From positions 1 through 64,000 of the forward strand of contig JBLWGC010000036.1 of the NCBI GenBank assembly GCA_048772705.1: DNA of 64,000 nt, read 5' to 3'. Position numbers and translations under genes: made by a program. Positions 23,296 to 37,579 of this stretch are shown here, one piece after another. This DNA is from Leidyana gryllorum EB-2025a (Eukaryota; Protista; Apicomplexa). The notes under the pieces are model-generated. The model saw nothing but the letters and a program-made list of their open reading frames with translations. It made no database searches and was not told the origin of the DNA. The first letter of the stretch is position 1, and the number at the start of each line of letters is the position of its first letter.

Positions 23296-24413
23296 TCAGG
23301 ACTGGTTGTCCTGCTCCTCCAGTTCCTGCTCGCTGTAGTGTACCAGATGAACTATCTCCTCCAGAGCTATTCTTATTTCGTTATCGGTCTCCAATAGGTG
23401 CCAAGTTCTGATCACCTCATAACAATTCAGCTTCCGCGCCGCTTCCCTGCCCAACCAAATGTTCATCGTATCATCTCACTTTCCACCTACCGAGCCTCTT
23501 TGTGTCTGAAGAGCGCAGTGAAGCACTCTGCAACTAATCGGCGGGACAATAGATCTGATACAGGCCCAAAGCAGCCCTCCTGCCACACTACTTGGTGAAC
23601 GCCGCGGAGATCATCACTTACCGTTATTCCCGCACTAACAACCTGGTTGTTAGACTCATCTTGCCCATCTAAAATGGTCTTCTGCAGAGCCAACCGGGTT
23701 TCAGCCGTCGGGTATACTATGCGCCCTAAGGTCTCGAGTAAAGGCTTCTGCTGGAAGTCGAAGGCTGGCACTAACTCTGGATCACAGCACACATTCTTCA
23801 CTGCACGCAAAATGATGGGTCGTCGATGCATAAGCTTGGTCTGTAAGCTGAAGGTCTCCCAGAAAGTTCGGTCCAAATCCACCAGCCACCTCCGCCCTGC
23901 CTCAATAGTCGTTAGGTTCGTGAGGATGTGCCCGATGTGCTCGCATTTGTCTTTGTGCTCGGTTCGGGGCACCGCCTCGACCCGATCACCATAATAACCC
24001 AGAATTCTCCATAGGAACAGTTCTTTGCTCAACAGCGTTTTCAAGCCTGCTTCCTGCCGGGTTACATTCGCCAGAACCATATATAACAAGCGTTCGATTG
24101 TTGCTGGACCCAACAGATGCTTTTCGGAAAGCGCTTCACAGAGTGATCCGATGAATTTTGATGAGCCCATAGCCTCCGCTAGAGAATCAACAGCACTCAG
24201 GTTCACCAAACAGCTCAGACCGTTCCAAGCCGCTTCTTCCTCATCATTAATACCAATTGTCAATAGTGCTTCGCTCAATTCCTTGATGTGGTTCACTGCC
24301 ATAGCTTGGAAGGACTCGTCTACCGAAAGACCCAAGGTGATCTTAGCCGCCTCTTTGCGCACATCTCCACTGCCGGTGCGTAGAAAGGCGCATAAGTCTT
24401 CCAACTCTCCCAT
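23296..24413 (-). CDS. HGH1: HGH1-like ARM-repeat chaperone of eEF2 (2 exons)
   Basis: LSCLVNLS, MVLANVTR, EHIGHILTNLTTIEAGRRW, RR..ILRAVKNVC, and after a 44-nt intron EAREAARKLNCYEVIRTWHLLETD..LEEIVHLV, matching the Hgh1 (DUF383/384) pattern. Confidence 0.8.
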
Positions 24414-24440
24414 ATCTTGCAAAAAAATCAGCCAAGCGTG

Positions 24441-24828
24441 ATGGAGGATCCGACGCTCTACATGGTCATAGAAATGTGAGTCGGAAACAGGTGTTGCTTT
24501 ATTTCCCCTCAGTAGTCGAAAAGATGGTCAAGACCTTTATGGCATTAAGCAACGGATCGATGAGCTACTCTATCAATTCATCGGCGCGGTGGGCATGGCC
24601 TCCGTACTTTGTGAAGTGAAGGGCTACATAGCGGCTAAAGGCTTGGCACTACTTGCGGTCCAATTAAGGTATGACATGTCAAGGTATGCTTCCAATCCCT
24701 TGTTAAGGTCCGCTACATCCATCCAAGCTGCCCTGACCATGGCTACCCCAGACAGTGGACTTGGGCGGGTGACTGTACTGGAAACCAGCTTAATCTTGAC
24801 TGATTTGGCATCGTGGACATTTGTTTGA
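24441..24828 (+). CDS. Rpp14/Pop8/Pop5-like RNase P/MRP subunit (spliced; N-terminus absent from ORF track)
   Basis: MEDPTLYMVIEI|SRK..IKQRIDELLYQFIGAVGMASVLCEV..LALLAV..IQAALTM..GRVTVLETSLILTDLA fits the Rpp14/Pop5 pattern (LFG.vG, aALT, rV..S..L); intron gtgagt...cctcag at 24476-24511. Confidence 0.55.
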
Positions 24829-24908
24829 CAGTGCGTGCCGGAAGGAGACACGCGCTTTTGCAAACACGCATCACATTCAAGGAAGATTAATTCGAGTCCC
24901 ACACAATC

Positions 24909-26165
24909 ATGAAGTGCCTAGCCCCTTTCTTCTTGGCAGGTGTCATTGTGGGTGACTCGTACCACACCCATCATGCCCACCACCCCCACCACGGCCACTA
25001 CCACCACTATGCCCCGACCCCCATGGAGCGGACCCCACTGAAATGTGTTTGCCCATCGGGCTATGTCTTGAATGGCGACCGCTGTGAAAGAACATCCACC
25101 TTCCCGACCGAAGCCATATGTCCCCTTGGTTTTGCTCCTCTGGACACCCAAACCTGCATCAAGCAAACTTTCCCGGAGGAAAAATGCCCGTTCGGCTTCG
25201 CCCGCGTTGGAAATGAATGTGTTCGCCGGGACATCGTCATTCCAGAATTGACCTGTCCGGCAGGTTACGAATTCGAGTCCACTGCTTCTTTCAGTCCCTC
25301 ACCCAAGTTGGACGAGCTGATCTGTCTGAAGCGCGTCGCCGTGGAAACTGAGTTCGAGTGCCCTGACGGAACCACTTTCGATGGCCAGTGCACAACTCCC
25401 ATTCAAGTGGCGCCCAAGTGGCAATGTGCTCCTGGTTACTTACCAGGACCCGCCAACACCTGTACCCGCAGTGAACAAGTCGAGTGCGGACCCACTAGCT
25501 CCCACCCGCACACCCACTCCCACCCACACCCTCCTCATCTCCGTCGGCTTTCGGAGGAGCATGAAGAGCACCCAGCAGCTAAGGCACATGCTGCTGACAA
25601 GTGGAAGGTCTGGGGTCCCCTCAAGGAAGCTCACATCGCTCCGCAATCGAAAGTTCTCCGTGTGGAGCAAACCTGCACCGCTGACATTACCATTCCCGCC
25701 ACTCCTTACTGTGAACGCGGACAGCTTCGCGGCCAGGTTTGTGTGGAAATGGTCCCAGTGGAACCCGTCAGGGTATGCCCGGCCTTCGGAAACACCGCCG
25801 ACTGCTATGCATACGACCGTGTCAATCCTCGTTCCACTTGTCCTCTGGGCTTCCACGAGGAGTGTGCGGTGACTGAGAAACGTCACATGATCCACCGCGA
25901 GGTCGACTGCGAGTGTGTCAGAAGTTCCATGGAGTCAGTCCAACTGTTCTGTCCGGCTGGCGCTGAACTGGTTGACGGCCTTTGCACTCTCACTGCCAGA
26001 CCTTTTGTGGGTTGCCCAGTGGGCACCCATTTGATGGATGGGGCTTGTGAGCTCATTCAGTATGCCTCGCCCATCTGTACCTATCAAGTCGAGTTTGCCT
26101 GCCAAGGGGCAGGGTGTGACACTCCCGTGAAAGAAGGGTTAGGAAAGCATGCCATGAAGCATTAG
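24909..26165 (+). CDS. Oocyst-wall-protein-like secreted Cys-rich, His-rich protein (COWP type)
   Basis: Signal peptide, two His tracts, about 10 CPxG(Y/F)x5-7C repeats. Confidence 0.8.
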   Translation: MKCLAPFFLAGVIVGDSYHTHHAHHPHHGHYHHYAPTPMERTPLKCVCPSGYVLNGDRCERTSTFPTEAICPLGFAPLDTQTCIKQTFPEEKCPFGFARVGNECVRRDIVIPELTCPAGYEFESTASFSPSPKLDELICLKRVAVETEFECPDGTTFDGQCTTPIQVAPKWQCAPGYLPGPANTCTRSEQVECGPTSSHPHTHSHPHPPHLRRLSEEHEEHPAAKAHAADKWKVWGPLKEAHIAPQSKVLRVEQTCTADITIPATPYCERGQLRGQVCVEMVPVEPVRVCPAFGNTADCYAYDRVNPRSTCPLGFHEECAVTEKRHMIHREVDCECVRSSMESVQLFCPAGAELVDGLCTLTARPFVGCPVGTHLMDGACELIQYASPICTYQVEFACQGAGCDTPVKEGLGKHAMKH

Positions 26166-26272
26166 AGCTATTCAAGTTGAGCTTATCTTTGAAGTGTATT
26201 TTTTAGTGCTGTGCAATTAAGATCTCAACAGCATAAGCTGTTAATTAACATACTCTCACTCCTTTCTACGAA

Positions 26273-29742
<3,470 letters not shown>

Positions 29743-29804
29743 GGCGCACTCAGCAAAAAAGAGGATTTACTCAGGGACGGGACATTCACAGAGCACTATT
29801 CTCT

Positions 29805-32800
29805 CTACCCACGGCCTCTACCTCCCCGTCCACGACCGGAGAATGGTCGATCTCGGCTAAATTGACGATCTCGGCCGAACGAATTACTGCCTCCTCGGCC
29901 CCCATGCCCGAAAGACTGCTGCCCGCCGAAGGAGCGGCCGCCGCCCCGATTAAAGGAATTACCTCCGCCACCACGGCCTCGGCTGTTCCCACGGAACTCG
30001 CCTCTGCCTCTCGATGAGCCGAAAGTACGACCTTCGGTAGGAGAGGAGGAGTAACCGCCTGACGGTCGACCACGAAACCCACCCCCAAATTGCCCTCGTC
30101 CTGCGGTCTTGGTCACACTAGCACTGATGTCACCTGGACTCTTTTTGATGAAGAAGGACCCCGCTAGGTGGCCCAAATGCAGCTTAGCAGCGTCGAAGAA
30201 GGCTCTGTAATCTTCGGGGTACACGCGATACCCACGAACGTGCGACAGATACGCTTTTTGAGCCAGCGAGCTGAGTTGCATATCATCCTCTACTTGCATG
30301 GTGAATCGGCTCAGCAAATATGACACAGAATCCTGAAGATCACACAACACGTTTTCCAAAATCTCGGGAAGAGCGTTTCCACTCACCGAGGCGCGAAGAC
30401 CCTTCAAGAAAGATGGCAACAAAGATTGTACTTTGTTGTTCCGGGCTGTTTGGGGCTGGAACAGCTTCAACAAGGGCTCTTGCAGTGTTTGCTTGATCCC
30501 GTCAGGACAGGCACCTTTCTGTCTCAGCACTTCGACGTAACCTGCCTCATGCTCCAACAAGAAAAGTAGAGAGGTACCGGCTGATCCCATCCGAGCCGTC
30601 CGTCCAATTCGGTGGACGTAATCTGACACGTCGACAGGGGGGTCTACTTGAATCACTAAATCCACGTTAGGTAGATTCAACCCTCTGGCTGCGACGTCAG
30701 TGGTAAACAGTACTGCGGAGTCTTTGGTGCTGCTAAACTCAGCGATATTCCCCAACCTAAAAGCGATAGTCAAAGGATTCCTCTGAAAGCTGCTTACCGG
30801 TCCTCGGCACTCATGCTACCGTGCAGGCGGAATGACTGGAGTCCCGCTAGGACGTTCTCCTGACTGAAGAGTGAAGCGCTCGGGTCTCCGGCGTTGACCT
30901 CGGCTTCGTCATCACTCAGATTGAACAAGATATCGTCAACTTCGGTGACCATCTTGCGGGCTTTCTCTCGTACCTCGGCAGCATCTCTTTTGACGGCATT
31001 GGCTTGAGCTGTCACCCTTTTATTCAGATTCGTTGGTGGGTTTGGCCACTTGAGACCTTCGGCCAGGGCGTGAAGGTACTCCACCCCGTCGCAATCGTTC
31101 ATGAAAATCACAGTTTTCTTCTTCTGGGCCATTCGCATTTTGAGTAATCCGAATAGACACACCAGACGCAACTTGAGATTATCAATTCGCAGATACGCTT
31201 GTTTCAATGTAGCGGGTACTTCCCAGTTCCCGTTTCCATTGGGAGCTGCCGCTTTCGGCGTCTCCTCAACGGTTGACTGATCGCTAGTAGTAGACGACTC
31301 GCCCTCGTCAGCCGCCACTTGCTGTTTCTTGATGGGTGTAGCGCTGGTCTCAGTTCCAACCCACACTGCGGCAGGGCGCAATACAAAGTCGGCCAACTTT
31401 TCAATCGACGGGCTCAGCGTTGCAGACACGAGTATCGTCTGGAATGTATCAATCTCAGGCTCAAATTTCTCCATCTCCGCAGGACTCGGCATCGCATTGC
31501 CTCCTGACGCTTTCAGCTTCTTGGCAGCGGGCTCTCTCTCGTCACCACTGGACTCGTCACTATCAGAAGACGACTCTTCTATTCTTTCCTCCTCATCTCC
31601 TTTGTCTTCTTCTTGAGGGTTCACGACCTCCTCCAGAGAGACAGTTTTGACTGGTTCGGGTTTAATCGCGATACCAAAGTTGCACTCCACCTCGTCATCG
31701 TCGTCCGACAGAACGGTGGTCGTTCCCTTAACAACACTGGTGGCATTCCCCCCTTCGTTGTCAGTTTCTTCATCCGAAGACGACGACTCTTCCTCGGGCA
31801 CGCTGGAAGCGAAAGATACCCGCTTGCGTTTCTTTTGGGTCTCTTCGACAGGTGCGGGGGTCTCTGCGCTTTTTTGTTGCGGCCGCTTCTTAGCTCCCTT
31901 TTTCTCCTTGTCGAAACTCACTGTTCCTGCCTCGACCGGTGCCTCGTCGGCAGCTGCCGGTGCGCCCTTGGAGAGGGCCTTGAGCAGCTCCCGTTGAGCG
32001 GCGCGCTCAGCGGCAAGCATATCCTTACTCAGACCGGTTGAGCCTTTTTGAACCGCAGCGGACACTCCAGCGTCCGTCTCGAGGGAGGGGAGGGCCGTAG
32101 CTTTGTTCCTCAACTCGGTGACAATGCGTCGGAGTTTGCCCTCGAACCCGAGATCGAGCAGACGATCGACCTCGTCCATCACCAACACTTGGAGACGGCG
32201 AGAGGAGAACGACGCAGTCGAATCAAAGTGGTCAAGGATCCTTCCGGGAGTTGCGACGAGAATGACAGAACCCTTTCTCAGGGTGGCTTTCTCGGATTTT
32301 CTTTTGGTTCCTCCAACAATGACCGTCGAAGTGATCCAGGGGAGGGCTTGTGTAAGTTTCTGGGCAACAGTGTGAGTCTGAATAGCGAGTTCTCGGGTAG
32401 GAGAGATAATCATAACGCGAGTACCGCCTGATCGATCTATGACAAACTTGGACGGCTTGTAGCCAGCCTTAATCAAAGCTTCCCGTTTGAGAGTCTCCGT
32501 ATGCAACAGACGATTGAGTGCGGGGACCATAAAAGCGAGAGTTTTGCCGGAACCAGTGGAAGAGCGGATCATACCGTCTTTGGTGCCACACGAGAGAGCC
32601 GGGATAGCCGCCGCTTGGACTTTAGTCATGACATGAAATTTGAGGAATTCCAACTGTCGAACGAGACGTGGGTCCAAGCCTGAGGCATTCTTGAATTGCT
32701 CATTGGAGCTCAATGCGTTGTCTTCACTGAGTGCGGCGACTGGTAGTGAGGCTTTGGGTGCGGAGAGCTCTTCATGTTGAATTCGACTCGGCTTGGTAGG

Positions 32801-32962
32801 GGGAGGGATGGTTTCGACTTCACTGTCTGACTCTGAAACTTCAACTGACTGAACAGTTGGGCGTTTGGGCAGAACTTGTATGCGAGGTTTCTTCCCTTTA
32901 CCCTTGAGACCCAAACCACCACGGGCCACCGATTTTCCTCGGGCCGTCTTATTCGGCACCAT
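29805..32962 (-). CDS. DBP7: DEAD-box RNA helicase DBP7/DDX31 with RGG tail (2 exons)
   Basis: TGSGKT, PTRELA, GGTKRKSEKATLRKG, DEVD, SAT, DVAARGL, HRIGRTAR, LHLGHLAGSF. Confidence 0.92.
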
Positions 32963-33154
32963 TGGATTTTTATACCAAACAAAAAGCCTTAGGAACAGGT
33001 CATCTGGCCGGAACCGCCTTTGGACCCCTCTCCCCTCATTGTGGGATTGAGATTGCCTCTATTACTTTGAACGAACAGCTTAGTGAATGTGGGATGGGAT
33101 TGTAAGCACTTGCTTTCCGCTCCCCGTGAGTATGTGTAGCGACCTAATTTTCAC

Positions 33155-35484
33155 ATGTATTGGTTGGGGTTATTGACTGTGGTCACATTGACTCTCGCCT
33201 TTGACTCATATGACGAGCAGCCTGTGTTCGACTTTGGGTTGTCAGAGAGTGCTGTCGACTTTCTTGAGGAGCTTCATGGGGAGAGGGTGTGGGATGAGCT
33301 GCAAAGGGAGTATATGACCAATATAAATTGCACGCTCGGCCCCCCTAAGAAGCGCATTATCAACAATGAGGACGAAGGATGTGCCACCTTCAGTGTGAGT
33401 GCCCTTGCCGCTGCATGGCCGAGACCCTTTATCGCAGGATCTGTCAGCATATCTGGCAGCAAAGGCAAACTTCAATCGGCCGCCTTTGCCCACCACTGAG
33501 CAAATGAAGATGGGGATAGCCTTATCTCCCACCAAGATTCTCAAGTTCGACATTGAAACCCGCACTCTCAGTCTCTTTGTGAGGATTATGTTATATTGGG
33601 CCGATCCTCGACTCACTTATCGGGGCGATTTGTGGTTTCCCAACTGGCTGTCGAATACTCACTATGTGCCGATGAGTAGTGCCCTACGGGGCGAACAATT
33701 AATCTGGGTGAGACGCCTCCGGCCTCCTCCCAACAGTAATGTTGCTTGCAGCTCCCCAATCTGATAGCCCAGAGGAGCACAGAAGACAACTATCACGAGA
33801 AAACGAATGAGTTCATGAGATCTCGCGTGTACGACGAAGCTTTCCTTCGAGCCAAAGGGTATAATGTCGTATTCATCCGCACTGCGGAAATGAAGAGCGA
33901 ATGTAACGCCTTTCTCAAAGCGTTCCCATTTGATCAACAGGCGTGTACCCTTACCTTCCAAGACTTTACCCATCCCTTACATCTTTCGACTGTGGTTCGG
34001 GGCTATCCTCGCCACATCAGAGATCAATTCGCAATCAATCAGGAGTTTTACGCAATATCATCATTCGGGGTGTCATACAGCTATTTGGAGGGCAACGACC
34101 GCAACTACGCAGTAGATCGCTTTGCGTCGTCCTATGCCAAATACTTCTTCATGATTGAACGGAAGGCCCACTACTTTACTCTCAACTTTATTTGGCCGCT
34201 GATGCTTACGGTCAGTTTCGCTTACTTTTCATTTTGGTTACCCTTTGAGTGAGTGCTCCCGACCTCCCCGCCCCCTACCTACCGTCCTTTACTCCGCAGA
34301 TTTGACCGTGTGACACTGACTGTCACCATTCTGGTGGCAATCTTCGACATTGTATTCCTCATTATGGAGAATCGGCCACGCGTCGCCCATGAATCTTGGA
34401 TCGACACATTCCAAGCCAAGTGCATCGTATTGACCGCGATCCCTGCGATACAATCGATCATCCTTTCCCACTTTGTAGCTCTGCTAATCAACCGGTGAGC
34501 AGCTTTGTGATCGCTGTGTTGTGAGACCCCCAATGAAATTCAGCGCGGCGCGGCGTCGGCGGGCGGAGAAAGAGGTGCATAAATGGCTGAAGGAAGTGCA
34601 AGAGGCTGAGATCGAAAAGGTCCAGGGACTGTTAACCGAGCAACAGTTCTCCCACCTCATGACAGCCATTCTCGAAGAGAGAAACAGGGGATACGTTGTG
34701 GCCGATAACGAGTCGTCGGTTCACAATCTCACAGTTGCGCCGAGTCTCAAAACAGTCTCATTTAGAAGTTGCACCAGTGAAGAGATGCGCTCCTCTGGAC
34801 GGTTCACTCGACTTCAGTCGTGGTTCAAGAGACACAGGGAGGAAGGAGTGGTAAGAGGCACAGAGGCGTCTCATCTCTCATGAAAACTTTGGATCATTGC
34901 AGACTATTCTACGGCCTCGAAGTGTTGGATTCCGAACTGAGCCAATGCATGGCGCAGCTCGGGTGAAGAACAGCTTTGATTCTGCAGCTGTCTCCTCATC
35001 CGGGGGGTTCTTTGACAACCACTTCACCCGCACGATGTCTTCTCTGAGTGAGAGAAAGGCCACGGGTATGTGGCCCCCAACAGGGGTCTCGCCGACCTCC
35101 CAGGAGTCTTTCTGGCGTCTCCAAGAATCGAGTCGGGTGATATCCTCGTCCAGGTCCACAAACTCTAATCTCACCCCGAGTGCTCTTCCCCCCGAGATCC
35201 GGGAGAGTCTAATTCGCTTGGCTGAGCGCAACTTATTGCCGTCGAACGATGAAGAAGATGACCGTTCCTCCTTGGTGGGCTCAGATAGCCGCCCCGAGTC
35301 GGTGGAGTCTGGCGGGATCGATTACCGCTCATCGCCCCGACCAGATATCGCCATCACATTGCCCCAATACATAGATAGATTATTCCAAATCTGCTACCCT
35401 CCCGTGATGGTGGGGATGATGATGGCACATATCCATCCCATTATGGCCAATCGGGTGAGAGAGAGATTCAGTGTCGTACCTTAA
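33155..35484 (+). CDS. Pentameric ligand-gated ion channel (Cys-loop receptor) subunit (multi-exon)
   Basis: Signal peptide, WADPRL, IW|LPNL, C-x13-C loop CNAFLKAFPFDQQAC, pre-M1 ERKAHYF..IWP, M1-M3, long M3-M4 loop, M4 IDRLFQICYP. Confidence 0.92.
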
Positions 35485-35499
35485 CTTCACCAGCACGAG

Positions 35500-35787
35500 A
35501 TGAAGACCACCTTGCTGGGCGGAGAGTCAGTCACGTCCCGCATTCTGTTCGTATTTTGGATCCTGGCAGTTGGCGGGCTGTGGGTACTGTCAATGTTTGC
35601 CTATGTAAGTAGCCCCATACGGTCGGTGCTCCCACAAATATTGTCTCAGGCTGTCAACTACTGTGATGCCCATGGCTCGTTCACGGAACTGCTGACGCGA
35701 CGACGAGAGGAGCCCCCGGAGGATAAAAGTCGTCACGAAAGCCGCACAACCGAAAGGCATGCGGATCCTAACACACACTTAAAGTAG
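35500..35787 (+). CDS. Small single-TM hypothetical protein
   Basis: ATG ORF with hydrophobic ILFVFWILAVGGLWVLSMFAY; probable in-frame 45-nt intron (gtaagt...tctcag). Confidence 0.45.
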   Translation: MKTTLLGGESVTSRILFVFWILAVGGLWVLSMFAYVSSPIRSVLPQILSQAVNYCDAHGSFTELLTRRREEPPEDKSRHESRTTERHADPNTHLK

Positions 35788-35793
35788 CCGAAG

Positions 35794-37484
35794 ATGAGCT
35801 GCGGATGTCGTGTGCTCCAATGTGGTGATGTCATGACATTGATCATTGACTTCATCGGCGAATTACATAATCTGCAGGTAACACTAAGTTTGGGTGGTGT
35901 TATGGTATCTACACACTCGCTTTCCCTCCCTGTGCAGCACATCTGTCGAGACACCAGGAAGTTTGTAGAGAGGCAGTGGTTTCCGCAGTTTTTACGGTTA
36001 CGTATAGGGCTCAACGAGAATCGTGCGGTGTGTTTGGCCTCATCGAACGCATACTTGGCCGCACTCGTCAGAGACCCTATTCGATTGAGTCGCCTCAAAG
36101 GATTAGTCTTTGTGGAAGTTGAATCTCGAGATCTGCTCTCGGACGAGGTGAGTCTCACCTGGCAACATTTTGATCTGTCTCAGGTCGTTGACATGGCAAG
36201 ACTGTTGACAGAACGGAGACGAACATTAAAGCTACTCTTTTTCTACCCGAAGGTGGAGGAAAGAGTGCTGCAGCCGTACCTGGCCGAGACCAGGACGGCA
36301 ATTCTGGGCACATCAAGCGACGAACACCCCTCTGTGATGTAGTGAGTGGCAGGTGTTGAGAAGACGGAAAGTCACTCTCCTATCCTATCCTATCCTGTAG
36401 CTGTTCTGGTGCAGTGGGAATGCAGTGCACGGCTGATATACTGACAACGTGTGATCGAGCTCCGTTAGACAATTTGCAGGAAATGACATTGGATATGCGG
36501 ATGGGTGGATACTCTGGGTGAGCAGATTTGTGCGGCGGCTGGCGGGAAACTTTTTGCAGACGAGGTGTGATCTGGAAGGATTCATACCGGGGATTGTGTA
36601 CTGAGCTGAACGCAGACCGTTTTTCGGACCTCAGATCTCTCTGCTTGAAATGGGATAGTGTTGCGACGAAAGACTGGAGGAGCTCCACAGAGGTGGGCCT
36701 GTTTGTGAAGGCCCTCCCACGTTTGGAGCGAATGGACCTGGATTTCGGAACACAGGACTTTCCGGGCGAATGGCTACTTGAGTGGGCGGCTCATTTGCCT
36801 CCATACACATAGCGTCGTTACTCTCGCAGATGGATGACACCCAGTGGATACGATCCGGAGCTACAGATGGCACTGAAACGCTTTCCCGCCTTGCAACATC
36901 TCTTCATCAGCCAGGCGTCCTTCCTTCCTGGCAACTATCTGGCCTTCCTGTTGCGGTGTGGGATCTTTTGGATGTACAATAGAGCCATAAATGTGTGGAT
37001 CAAAAGAGTCCATCTGCACATAAGCGAGTTGGAGCAGTTTATAACTGGGCGGGATAGACGGGATTTGATTGCGTATGACGAGGCAACACATTTGAGTATA
37101 GACTTTGCTCCCAGAAGAGACAGTGGGAGTCCTTCGAGTGGCGGCGTCCTGTCGAATCCGGAACTCTGTGGTGTACAACACTTAACGATACTCAATTACG
37201 ACCCCTTGGACGACGCCTGTGCCGGCTTCCTGCGACGCGTCTCGTTTCCTCCCCAGCGACCCCCTCATCGGGATTTGATGGAGGCCCCGGTCAAAACGAG
37301 CAGTCTTGCTCGTTCGCGAGAAACCAGTCTCCAAGAGCTCATCATAGGCCCGACTGCGCGGTCGGGTTGGGAGACACGAGAATGGATATTACGGCGTCAA
37401 ATAACAGACAATCCGCAGCTGCGGAGATTCAGCCCCGAGGTCATCAGCGGTGGAGACGCGATCAAATTTAGCCGTGTCTGTTGA
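35794..37484 (+). CDS. Hypothetical multi-exon protein, possibly F-box/LRR-like
   Basis: N-terminal GDVMTLIIDFI..L..ICR..RKFV; recurrent LxxLxL/I motifs (LRSLCL, LPRLERMDL, FPALQHLFI, LQELII); GT-AG introns. Confidence 0.45.
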
Positions 37485-37579
37485 GCGGAGAAAGGTAGAA
37501 AGTGCCTTTGCAGTGGAGGAGACAACAAGTAATTGTCAAGTCGTCGTGTGGGATGAACTTTTGTTTTATTTCGTGACAA

